Notes: a model not told the origin generated them from the letters alone. A stretch of 64,000 nucleotides of DNA from Thermoplasmata archaeon (GCA_021844945.1 JAKBSJ010000003.1:32565-96564), one strand, 5' to 3'. Counted from the first letter of the stretch, positions 1 to 8,390 are shown. Program-made: numbers and translations.

Positions 1-130
1 GCAGGATCGTCGCGATGATCGGCGAGACCGCTCGACGATCTCGACGGTGGGTCAGGAGCCGCAGGTCGCCGGCCCGTCGTCGTACTCCTCGCATCATGGA
101 ACGCACCCGTACTGGGACGGATGCTCCCAT
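1..130 (-). CDS. Archaeal type IV pilin/archaellin-like protein, N-terminus only (runs off the window edge)
   Basis: Manual translation from ATG 97 (in-frame ATG also at 130) gives MMRGVRRRAGDLRLLTHRRDRRA|VSPIIATIL. A basic leader followed by RA|VSPIIATIL is the class III signal peptide of archaeal pilins. Not in the ORF track. Confidence 0.8.
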   Translation of the reverse strand, partial: MGASVPVRVRSMMRGVRRRAGDLRLLTHRRDRRAVSPIIATIL

Positions 131-309
131 TTGAGCCTTCAGTTGGAGTTGGCCGACACCAACTCCGCCTCTCCATGGACGCCGGGCGAGCGCACGCGCA
201 TCGCACCTAGGGGTTATACTCCGCCCGCGGAAGTCGGCGCGCTGTTCGACGAGAGCAAATTTTTGTTTGACACGTCAGAGAAACGTTGAGGGAACGCCCA
301 CGCACATGG

Positions 310-339
310 TTTCTCGCTTTTTCTCGCGATGTTTAAGTA
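310..339 (+). promoter_or_regulatory. Candidate promoter of the RHH-ftsZ-like unit: TATA-like box preceded by a phased direct repeat
   Basis: TTTCTCGC at 310-317 and 320-327 (10-bp period), then TTTAAGTA at 332-339, within an AT-rich island. Confidence 0.55.
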
Positions 340-346
340 GTAGGAA

Positions 347-868
347 ATGGGTCATGCGGACGTAACCGTGTTCGACAACGTCCCCCGTCGAGAGACCCCG
401 CTCGTTCGCGAGCGGAACGCTCGCCGGACCGACCCCGAGGACGCGCGCATCGCCCTACGGTGCAACCGCAAGGAACTCGAGCTGATCGACTCGTTCGTGG
501 CCAACGGCGAGTTCGAGAGTCGCTCGGAGCTCTTGCGGGCGGCGATGCACGCGCTGCTCCGGTCGCGCTCGTTGTCGTCCGAGGTCACGCCCCCCCGAGA
601 TTCCGAAGGTTACGTCGAAGTGCCCGTGCGCATGCGACCGCACGAGCTCGCCGAGTGGCAAGCCTTCGCCCGATTGGTGGAGAACGGACAACCCGTGCGC
701 GATGTCCTCGCGCGAGTGATCCGAGAGTTGGCGGCAGGTCGCCGCATACGTGACGCCGTCGCCTACCACCGCGAAGGATTACAGCAAGCCGCCGCGCGGC
801 AGGAGCAGGAGTCGGCACTTCGCGAAAGCGGAAAGAGTCTCGAACGCAAGGGCGTGCTCGGTCGATAG
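347..868 (+). CDS. CdrS-like ribbon-helix-helix (CopG family) regulator, probably two RHH units; true start may be GTG 368
   Basis: RIALRCNRKELELIDSFVANGEFESRSELLRAAMHALL matches the RHH/CdrS pattern (GEFxxRSExxRxA). A second beta-helix-helix-like unit is VEVPVRMRPHELAEW...VRDVLARVIRELA. The gene lies directly upstream of an ftsZ homolog. Confidence 0.75.
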   Translation: MGHADVTVFDNVPRRETPLVRERNARRTDPEDARIALRCNRKELELIDSFVANGEFESRSELLRAAMHALLRSRSLSSEVTPPRDSEGYVEVPVRMRPHELAEWQAFARLVENGQPVRDVLARVIRELAAGRRIRDAVAYHREGLQQAAARQEQESALRESGKSLERKGVLGR

Positions 869-905
869 GGGTTCCCGAGGTCGATCATGGAAACGGGGTG
901 GATAC

Positions 906-1793
906 ATGTCCGGGGCCGATCGAGGTGCGAGCGTAGGCAGTCCGTCGTCAGGATCTGACGAGCCGAACGGAGCGGCGATCTCCGGGACCGTGCGCCTGGG
1001 CCAAGATATCCGGTTCGTGATGATCGCCGTCGGCGGGGGCGCGATCCGCGTTGCACGGCCGATAGCCCGCCGCCACCTGCGCCACTTGGAAACGGTCGCG
1101 ATCAACTGCGATCCCCGGGTACAGGACTGCGAGGAGTTCGACCGCCGAATGTGTCTGATCCCAGAAGTGGGGGGACCGGCCGACACCTGCGGAAGTCCGC
1201 TCGCCGGAGCCGTCCTCGCGCGCGCGGCCGAACCGGCACTGCGACGCCTGTTCGACGAGGCGCACTTCGTTACGATCATCGGTAGCCTCGGCGGGGGCGC
1301 CGGTAGCGGAGTGCTACCGAACCTCCTCGAGCTCGCAAGCGAGCGCAGCCGGCACCTGACCGCCTTCGTCCTGAAGCCGTTCGCCTGTGAAGGAGAGCGC
1401 CGTGCGATCGCGGACCGGACGATTGGCCGCATCCACTTGCTCGAAGGCTTCTCCGACCTGAGGAACCAAAACCGTGCCGCCCTTCATGTCCTCGATAACC
1501 AATCGCTCGTCGGACCGCTCGGCTCTCGAGCGTTCCGGAGCGTCTCCGAACACTGGGCGCAGATTATCGGCGACTACGTGGAACAGAACTACATCGACGT
1601 CGCCGAGGCCTTTCTCCACTCGATGCTCTCTGCTGCCATCCCGGCGACGACGGTAGTAGCACCCCCGACCTCCGTCATCGGTCCCGGGATCGCACCGCCC
1701 GCCGAGATCCTGCCCCCGATCCCCGCCCAGCACCTCGAGGCCGAGCTCACGTTCGAGGTCCACAGCGCGGTTCGGCCGCCGCCGGCTCCGTAG
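906..1793 (+). CDS. Divergent, C-terminally truncated FtsZ/tubulin-family protein (GTP-binding domain plus Pro-rich tail)
   Basis: IAVGGGA, AINCD, GSLGGGAGSG, KPFACEGERR and LHVLDN occur in FtsZ order. There is no intact T7 loop and no C-terminal domain. ATG 906 is in frame with ORF 750..1793. Confidence 0.85.
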   Translation: MSGADRGASVGSPSSGSDEPNGAAISGTVRLGQDIRFVMIAVGGGAIRVARPIARRHLRHLETVAINCDPRVQDCEEFDRRMCLIPEVGGPADTCGSPLAGAVLARAAEPALRRLFDEAHFVTIIGSLGGGAGSGVLPNLLELASERSRHLTAFVLKPFACEGERRAIADRTIGRIHLLEGFSDLRNQNRAALHVLDNQSLVGPLGSRAFRSVSEHWAQIIGDYVEQNYIDVAEAFLHSMLSAAIPATTVVAPPTSVIGPGIAPPAEILPPIPAQHLEAELTFEVHSAVRPPPAP

Positions 1794-1884
1794 GGAAGCG
1801 AAAGCACGCTGGGTCGGCCCGGGATCGGACCATCCTCGGCACGGGACACAACGTTAAGTGGAGGATTCGTTGAATGCGACGCGA

Positions 1885-2049
1885 ATGGACGGCCGCATCC
1901 TCACGGCGCTTGTGACGATCCTCCTCCCCGCGATCCTGATCGGGGTGACGATCGAGTTCTTCTCGTCAAACCCGCTGGCGATCCTGGGTCTGTTCGTCGT
2001 GATCGTCGGCGGAACGTTCTGGCTCTTGTCCTACACCGACTCGTTCTAG
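1885..2049 (+). CDS. Small two-helix membrane protein (54 aa)
   Basis: MDGRILTALVTILLPAILIGVTIEFF...LAILGLFVVIVGGTFWLL has two hydrophobic segments; a TATA-like GTTAAG lies upstream. Confidence 0.7.
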   Translation: MDGRILTALVTILLPAILIGVTIEFFSSNPLAILGLFVVIVGGTFWLLSYTDSF

Positions 2050-2062
2050 CCCCGACCGCGCC

Positions 2063-2854
2063 TCACTGATACATGGAGTCGGCGCCCGAGGGAGGCGCCG
2101 GCTCGGTCCCGGGAGAACTACCGGGCGGTGGAGCGGCCTTCATCACGGCCCGAAGCGCCCGCTCGATCTCCTCGGCTTGGGCGCGCAGGGGCAGCGTATC
2201 GATCTTGAGCTCAGGGAGCACCCGGTCCAGGGCCTCGATCAGCGCGGCCCCGGCTCGATGGTCCGGGAAGACCTGAGCCGACCGCGCGGTCGCGAGCAGC
2301 ACGGCCACGGGGAGAGGTCGGTCGAGCGCCTGGACCAGCAACGCTCCCGAGACGCCGCCGAGGACTCCCTCGTCGAGCGCTTCGGCGCCGCTCTTGCGGA
2401 TGGAGTCGAACGCCGGCCCGCTGGGTGGGAACACGATCGCGTATACCTTGGGTTCGGGTTCCTTCGCGCCGGTCTCGTCTTCTTCCTCCCCCGGGTGGGT
2501 AGAGACACCCTCGAGGGCCAAGATCCACCGAGCCTTTCGTCGTTCGGCCTCGTCCAGGAGCGTGCGGGCCAAGGAGGAGGCCTGGGAGGGGGTGGGGGGG
2601 AACTCGGAAAGAACCACCGCGAAGTCCTTGCGCCCGTAGACGCGAATGGGCGGGTTGACAATCCCGCCCTGAATCACCGCGATCGGGGGCATCTCCTGCG
2701 ATGCAAAGACGCCGATGCGAGGAAGCTTGAGCGTTCGGACGATGTAATGGGCCGCGATCGTGGTAGCAAGCCCGGCACTCGGAAAGCACGTCAAGATGGT
2801 AGCCCCGGGGTCGAGCGGGGGGGTCCCTTTCTCTTCCTTCCAGGTGAACTCCAT
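2063..2854 (-). CDS. PAC2-family proteasome assembly chaperone homolog (PbaA/PbaB-like)
   Basis: ILTCFPSAGLATTIAAHY, PPIRVY, GGVSGALL, FPDHRAGAAL and C-terminal SMYQ (HbYX). Start at MEFTW with GAGG upstream; the rest of the 633-aa ORF is antisense shadow of fen. Confidence 0.85.
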   Translation of the reverse strand: MEFTWKEEKGTPPLDPGATILTCFPSAGLATTIAAHYIVRTLKLPRIGVFASQEMPPIAVIQGGIVNPPIRVYGRKDFAVVLSEFPPTPSQASSLARTLLDEAERRKARWILALEGVSTHPGEEEDETGAKEPEPKVYAIVFPPSGPAFDSIRKSGAEALDEGVLGGVSGALLVQALDRPLPVAVLLATARSAQVFPDHRAGAALIEALDRVLPELKIDTLPLRAQAEEIERALRAVMKAAPPPGSSPGTEPAPPSGADSMYQ

Positions 2855-2956
2855 GTCCTCGCCTCGTACGGAGCACACCAAGACGGGATTTAGGCTCATG
2901 TGTCCGATCGTACGATCCGCCGGCAAGGCCAAGTACTGAAATCCGCTCGTCGGAAC

Positions 2957-4000
2957 GTGGGGCTTCCGTTCAAGGATATCGTGACCCCGCGGGAGCTTCC
3001 GTGGGGCGCTCTCTCGGGTCGGGCCGTCGCGGTCGACGCCTACAATGCCCTCTATCAGTTCCTCGCGACCATCCGGCAAGCGGACGGCCAGCCGTTCTCC
3101 GACGCCGACGGCCTCCCGACGAGCCATCTGATGGGTTCTTTCTATCGGACGACGTCCCTTCTCGCCGCGGGCGTCCGACCGGTCTGGGTATTCGATGGAA
3201 AGCCACCCGAACGCAAGGCCGGCACGATCCGGCAGCGGATCGAGGCGAAGGAGCGGGCCACCGAACAATGGCACGCCGCGCTCGCCGTCGGCGACCTGGC
3301 GACGGCCCGCCGGAAGGCGGCCCAGACTTCTCGGCTCACCCCCCCGATGGTTGAGGAGACGATCGAGTTGCTCGACGCTCTGGGGGTCCCCACGGTCCGC
3401 GCGCCGAGCGAAGGGGAGGCGCAAGCGGCTCGCATGGCGGCCGATGGCGTCGTGTGGGCCACAGCGTCCGAAGACTACGATACACTGCTCTTCGGAGCGC
3501 CCCGCCTCGTCCGGGGGCTGGCCGCCCGCCGCTCCGGCCGGACCGGCGGAACGGACGCGGCGCAGCTCATCGATCGGGAAGAGATGCTCCGGCTTCTCGA
3601 TATCTCGGGGGACGAACTCATCCTCATCGGGATCCTTGTGGGAACGGACTTCAACGACGGCGTTCGGGGGTACGGACCGAAGAAAGCGCTGAAGATCGCC
3701 CAGGAGCACCTGGGTTGGGCCGAGACGATAGCCCGCACGGGCCTCGACCCGACCGAGGCGGATGAGGTCGCCGAGATCTTTCGCCATCCGAACACGACGC
3801 CGGCACCGCCCCTCGACTTCCGTCCACCGGACCCCGATCGGGTGGCCCGCGTTCTCGTTCGCCGTCACGGTTTTTCGGAGGAGCGCGTGCGCTCGGCGCT
3901 TCAACGCGTGGGGCGCGCTCCGACGCAGGCAAAACCGGTTCCGACCACCCCTCGCGGGCGCCAACAGAGCCTCGATCGTTTCGAGGAGGTTCCGTCGTGA
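2957..4000 (+). CDS. fen: Flap endonuclease 1
   Basis: AVDAYNALYQFL, VFDGKPP, APSEGEAQAA, SEDYDTLLFG, GTDFN, GYGPKKA and a C-terminal PIP box QQSLDRF. Probable GTG start at 2957. Confidence 0.97.
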   Translation: MGLPFKDIVTPRELPWGALSGRAVAVDAYNALYQFLATIRQADGQPFSDADGLPTSHLMGSFYRTTSLLAAGVRPVWVFDGKPPERKAGTIRQRIEAKERATEQWHAALAVGDLATARRKAAQTSRLTPPMVEETIELLDALGVPTVRAPSEGEAQAARMAADGVVWATASEDYDTLLFGAPRLVRGLAARRSGRTGGTDAAQLIDREEMLRLLDISGDELILIGILVGTDFNDGVRGYGPKKALKIAQEHLGWAETIARTGLDPTEADEVAEIFRHPNTTPAPPLDFRPPDPDRVARVLVRRHGFSEERVRSALQRVGRAPTQAKPVPTTPRGRQQSLDRFEEVPS

Positions 4001-5469
4001 GCTGGCTCGAGTGCGTGCCGAACTTCTCCGAAGGGAGGGATGCAGCCAAAGTCGGGCGCATCGCGGGCGCGGCTCGGAACGTGCCGGGCGTCGTGGTGCT
4101 CGACGTCGAGTCGAACGCGGATCACAATCGATCGGTGATCACGCTCGTCGGGAATGGAACGGCCTTGATCGAGGCAGCGATGGCGATGATGCGCGTGGCG
4201 ACCGAGCTCATTGATCTCAACCACCACCAAGGGGAGCACCCCCGCATCGGAGCGACGGACGTTGTCCCGTTCGTCCCGCTGGAAGGCTCCACGATTGCCG
4301 ACGCGATCGAGTGCGCGAACCGACTCGGGGAGCAGGTGGCCCGCGAGCTCGGGATCCCGGTCTATCTCTACGGGGCCGCGGCCCGACGGCCCGAGCGGTC
4401 CGAGCTGCCGAACGTGCGCGCGGGCGAGTTCGAGGGACTTCGAGAGTCCATTCTGCGTGACCCGGCCCGTGCGCCCGACTTTGGGGAGGCGCGCGTTCAC
4501 CCCACGGCGGGGGCCGTCGCGATCGGGGCACGCGCGGTGCTCATCGCCTACAATGCCTATCTGACCACCCCGGACGTGCAGGTCGCGAAGCGGATTGCCC
4601 GAACCGTGCGCGCGCGGGACGGTGGTCTCGCGGAGGTGCGGGCCCTGGGCTTCGAGATCAAGGAACGGAACCGCGCGCAGGTCTCGATGAACCTCACCGA
4701 CTACCGCCGCACGCCCATCCACCGAGCGCTCGAGGCGGTCCGCCGCGAAGCGAGGCGTTATGGGGTGGAGGTCGAGGAGTCCGAGATCGTCGGCCTCGTT
4801 CCGGAGGAAGCGCTCTTCGACGCCGCGGAGTACTATCTCCAACTCAATCGCTTCGACCGAGCGGCGATCCTGGAACGAAAGGTCCGGAGTGCCGCAGGGT
4901 CCGAAGAGTCCTTCCCACGGTTCCTTGAGCGGCTCGCCGCGCGTACGCCCACGCCCGGAGGCGGGAGCGCCGCGGCCGCGGCGGGCGCCCTCGCGGCCGC
5001 GCTGGGCGAAATGGTCCTCGCGTACTCGATCGGCGCGAACACTCCCGGCGACGACCCTCTGGTCGCAGCCCGGACCGCTTGCCGGGATGCGCGGACCTTC
5101 TTCGTCCGGGCCATGGACGACGATGCGGCCGCGTACGAAGCCGTTCGCGCCGCCCGCAAGGAGCTCAAGGACCACCCGGCGGACCCGGCCAAGCTCGCCG
5201 CAAACGTCGCAGCGCTGCGCCGTTCGGCCGACGTTCCGCTATCCACGGCGCGGAACGCGGTCCGGCTCGCCGAGGTTCTGCGTTCCGTAGGACCCAGGAC
5301 CAAGCCAGCTCTCGCGAGCGATCTGACGACCTCGCTCGCGCTTCTTTCGGCCGCTCGCGACGGTGGGCTCGCGAACGTCCGGGTCAACGTGGCGGACCTG
5401 AAGGCCGCCGGTCAATCCACCGCGGACTTTGAGGCCGAGGCGGCTCGGTTGAGCGGCACGGACGGATGA
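3997..5469 (+). CDS. ftcD: Bifunctional glutamate formiminotransferase / formiminotetrahydrofolate cyclodeaminase
   Basis: ECVPNFSEGR, DHNRSVIT, HPRIGATDVVPF, AQVSMNL; cyclodeaminase motif TPTPGGGSAAA. Confidence 0.95.
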   Translation: MSWLECVPNFSEGRDAAKVGRIAGAARNVPGVVVLDVESNADHNRSVITLVGNGTALIEAAMAMMRVATELIDLNHHQGEHPRIGATDVVPFVPLEGSTIADAIECANRLGEQVARELGIPVYLYGAAARRPERSELPNVRAGEFEGLRESILRDPARAPDFGEARVHPTAGAVAIGARAVLIAYNAYLTTPDVQVAKRIARTVRARDGGLAEVRALGFEIKERNRAQVSMNLTDYRRTPIHRALEAVRREARRYGVEVEESEIVGLVPEEALFDAAEYYLQLNRFDRAAILERKVRSAAGSEESFPRFLERLAARTPTPGGGSAAAAAGALAAALGEMVLAYSIGANTPGDDPLVAARTACRDARTFFVRAMDDDAAAYEAVRAARKELKDHPADPAKLAANVAALRRSADVPLSTARNAVRLAEVLRSVGPRTKPALASDLTTSLALLSAARDGGLANVRVNVADLKAAGQSTADFEAEAARLSGTDG

Positions 5470-6137
5470 GCGACCCTACCCCACGGGCTCGACCGCTCAT
5501 CTGGGTGAACTGCGCGATCTCGATCGATGGGCGACTCGCGTTCGCTCGCGGCACCCGCGCCCGCCTTTCGGGGCCTCAGGACCTCGCACGAGTACAACGG
5601 TTGCGAGCCGAGAGCGATGCGATCGTGGTGGGATCGGGTACGGTGGCTCTGGACGACCCATCCCTGGCGGTTCACTGGGAAGCGATCGGCCGCACCGTCG
5701 GTCGGCCTCCCACGCGGATCGTGCTCGACTCGAAGGGAAGCCTGCCGGAGGGAGCCCGGGTGTTCGACGGCTCGTCGCCGACCTTAGTGGCCACGCTCGA
5801 AAGCAACCGGCGGACCTATCCCCCGTACGTCGAGCGCCTCGTCGTGGGGTCCGATCGGGTCGACCTCGCTCGGCTCTGGGGCATCCTATACGAGCGGGGC
5901 ATGCGTCGGATCCTCGTCGAGGGCGGCGCGCGCGTGATCGCGAGCGTCGTGGCCTCCCGTACCTTCGATCGGCTCACGGTGTACGTCGCCCCGGTGCTCA
6001 TCGGGCAAGAGACCTCTCCCCCGATGGTCGCGGGACCGGCGGCCCGCGGGTTCGAGGAACTGGCCCGGCTCCGACTGCTGGGCGTGGAACGCCTGGATGA
6101 CGGGTACGTCGCGAGCTACGAGCCGAGCCTTCCGTGA
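5466..6137 (+). CDS. RibD C-terminal-type pyrimidine nucleotide reductase (riboflavin pathway, DHFR fold)
   Basis: NCAISIDG, RLRAESDAIVVGSGTVALDDPSL, RIVLDS, ILVEGGA. Confidence 0.88.
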   Translation: MSDPTPRARPLIWVNCAISIDGRLAFARGTRARLSGPQDLARVQRLRAESDAIVVGSGTVALDDPSLAVHWEAIGRTVGRPPTRIVLDSKGSLPEGARVFDGSSPTLVATLESNRRTYPPYVERLVVGSDRVDLARLWGILYERGMRRILVEGGARVIASVVASRTFDRLTVYVAPVLIGQETSPPMVAGPAARGFEELARLRLLGVERLDDGYVASYEPSLP

Positions 6138-6211
6138 GCGGAACTCGGCCCCCCCGCTCCGCGAACGAGTTATGAACTCACCATCCTCCGGGAGGGGCGA
6201 AGAACCGGACC

Positions 6212-7228
6212 ATGAAGCTCGTACACTTCTCTCTCAGTGACCAGTTCCATTTCGGCATGCTGACCGACGCGAACGAGTACATCGACCTCGACACCGCCTG
6301 TCGGGACTACTTCGGCGTCAACCCCGTCAAGGGGGCCGATCCGAGCCGCTTCCGGGACATGCGGGCCTTCTTCGCCGGAGGCGCCGATTCGGTCGAGATC
6401 ACCCGGAAGATCCAGGAGTACATCGACCGGCGGCGCGCATCCGGATGGACCCCGCGCGCGGCGACAGGCGCCCGGTTCCTCTTCAAGCCCGAGGAGGGGG
6501 TCAAGCTGCTCGCGCCGGTCGTTCGCGGCGCGAAGATCTACTGCCTGTCGTCGAACTCGCAGAGCCACATTGCGGAAGAGGGGAAGCCCGCTCCGCGCCA
6601 GCCCTACTTCTTCACGCGATTCTTCAACAGTTTGGTGGGCCCGAGCGAGAGCCTGGTGATCCACTCCGCGGGAACCTTCCCCGACGTAGCGTTGGATCTC
6701 GCGGCGGTGATCGGCAAGTCCGGCAAGCACATCCCGGCCTCCGAGGCGATGGCCTACGTCGCCGGCTACACGATCGCGCTCGACATGGGCTACCGCGACC
6801 TCCAGTACCCGCCCGATAGCCCAACCGATTGGGTCATGGGCAAGGGCTTCGACGCTTCGATGGCCGTCGGTCCTTGGGTGGTGCCGAAGGAGGAGATCGG
6901 CGAACCCTACCCCCTCAAGATGGAACTCAAGGTCGCGGGGACCGTCCGTCAGTCCGGCGACACCAACGACTATCTCTTCCGCCTCCCCGAGGCGATCGCG
7001 CATCTTTCTCGCGGGATCACGCTCGAGCCGGGCGATCTGTTGAGCCTCGGCACGCTCGGGGGAACCCCGGGATTCGAGTTCGGGAAGGAGAGCCGCAAGC
7101 TCCGGGCCGGGGATTCGATCGAGGCATCGATCGAGAAGATCGGGCGCCTGGTCATGTCGGTGAAGGCCGAAGCTCCGCCTCGCCCCGCAGCACCAGAAAC
7201 AGCGCCTGGGTCGTCGGTAGCTCGATAG
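6212..7228 (+). CDS. Fumarylacetoacetate hydrolase family protein with atypical metal ligands
   Basis: LAAVIGKSGKHI, VAGYTIALD..RDLQ, GKGFD, VGPWVV, TLEPGDLLSLGT. Confidence 0.88.
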   Translation: MKLVHFSLSDQFHFGMLTDANEYIDLDTACRDYFGVNPVKGADPSRFRDMRAFFAGGADSVEITRKIQEYIDRRRASGWTPRAATGARFLFKPEEGVKLLAPVVRGAKIYCLSSNSQSHIAEEGKPAPRQPYFFTRFFNSLVGPSESLVIHSAGTFPDVALDLAAVIGKSGKHIPASEAMAYVAGYTIALDMGYRDLQYPPDSPTDWVMGKGFDASMAVGPWVVPKEEIGEPYPLKMELKVAGTVRQSGDTNDYLFRLPEAIAHLSRGITLEPGDLLSLGTLGGTPGFEFGKESRKLRAGDSIEASIEKIGRLVMSVKAEAPPRPAAPETAPGSSVAR

Positions 7229-8387
7229 GTTGTTCGGCCCGGACGCGCACGCCCCCGTCCGGGAACGGGTACTCGGCATCGATCCGAGGGGTCACCCGGG
7301 CCCGTCCGGGGATCGCGTCCGCCACGACCGCATCGCGGAACGGGTCGAACGACTCGAGCCGGTCCCTTGCGAGCGCCGTGACGCGCAAACCGGTTCCGCC
7401 GTGCAGCGATCCCGGAAGGCGGATCAATCGGTGGATATCGGTCGTCACGGGCGCGTCCGTCTCACCCTGAACTACGATCTCGGCCTGCTTCAGAACGACC
7501 TCGAGCAGATCGTTGGGCACGACGTTCGCGGGTACCGCGAGCTGCGGGTCGGAACGGATCCGGCGGGCCCCACCCTTGGTGATCAAGAGCCCCGCCCAGC
7601 GACGCGCCTTCGGACGCGGGACCCCCATCGACTCGAGCTCGGCGGCCGCACCCTCGGTACCGAGGGCCTCCCACCGGGACAAGAGCGCGAGGAGCGCCCG
7701 GGTCTCACGTCCGGTCCACCCCGGAGCCTCGGGGGGTGCGAGATGGCGGGTCGGTGCGACCCGGCCGGCCGGTGGAGCGTCCTCCGAGCGGGGCTCGCCC
7801 TCCCTCCGGCGTCCGATCACGCTCCCCGGATCAAAGCCCGTGCCGCTGAGGTAATCGACCAGCTCTCGGCGCTCCGGGCTCGTGAGGGGAAGGAACCGCT
7901 CCTCCCGGACGTGGACGTGGTAGCCCCGGCCACCGGAGAATGCGAGGAGCATCGACTGGGGGTCGATGCCGAAATCGCGGACCAGGAAGTCGTCGACCAG
8001 CGCGAGCAGCCGCTCTTTGACGAGGAGTAACTGGCCCGCGTAGTCCAGCTTCTCGGCCCCCCGCAGGTGGTCCGCATCGAGGTCGAAGATCAGGTCCGCG
8101 CCCAACCACTCCTTCTGCGCCATCGTGGGCTCGGACGGCTTACGATAGTACGCCGTGGAGTAGTACACGTGGCGTGGGACCTCGCCCCGAAGAAAGCGCC
8201 CGAACTCTTCCGGAGTGCGGAACGACGCGTGCCGGCGCATCATCGTCTCTCGGGCGAAGGGGAACGCGGCGAACTCTCGTCGTAGGAGACGGGGGGGAGG
8301 GTCGATGGACGCGCTGCGGTAGTACTGGGCGAAACGGTCGCGCGCCCAGGCGAGCGTCGGACCGTCGAGCTCGACGACCTTCGCCAC
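7152..8387 (-). CDS. priS: DNA primase catalytic subunit PriS
   Basis: RREFA, HVYYSTAYY, WLGADLIFDLDADHL, FSGGRGYHVH, DAPVTTDIHRLIRLPGSLHGGTG. Confidence 0.96.
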   Translation of the reverse strand: MAKVVELDGPTLAWARDRFAQYYRSASIDPPPRLLRREFAAFPFARETMMRRHASFRTPEEFGRFLRGEVPRHVYYSTAYYRKPSEPTMAQKEWLGADLIFDLDADHLRGAEKLDYAGQLLLVKERLLALVDDFLVRDFGIDPQSMLLAFSGGRGYHVHVREERFLPLTSPERRELVDYLSGTGFDPGSVIGRRREGEPRSEDAPPAGRVAPTRHLAPPEAPGWTGRETRALLALLSRWEALGTEGAAAELESMGVPRPKARRWAGLLITKGGARRIRSDPQLAVPANVVPNDLLEVVLKQAEIVVQGETDAPVTTDIHRLIRLPGSLHGGTGLRVTALARDRLESFDPFRDAVVADAIPGRARVTPRIDAEYPFPDGGVRVRAEQPIELPTTQALFLVLRGEAELRPSPT

Positions 8388-8390
8388 CGA

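Noticed and set aside
2855-3964. 633-aa ORF suggesting a long N-terminal extension on PAC2
   Set aside because: The extension is the antisense shadow of fen in high-GC DNA; PAC2 homology starts at about 2854.
5466-6137. Possible dihydrofolate reductase serving FtcD
   Set aside because: The motifs fit the RibD-type pyrimidine reductase; adjacency alone is insufficient.
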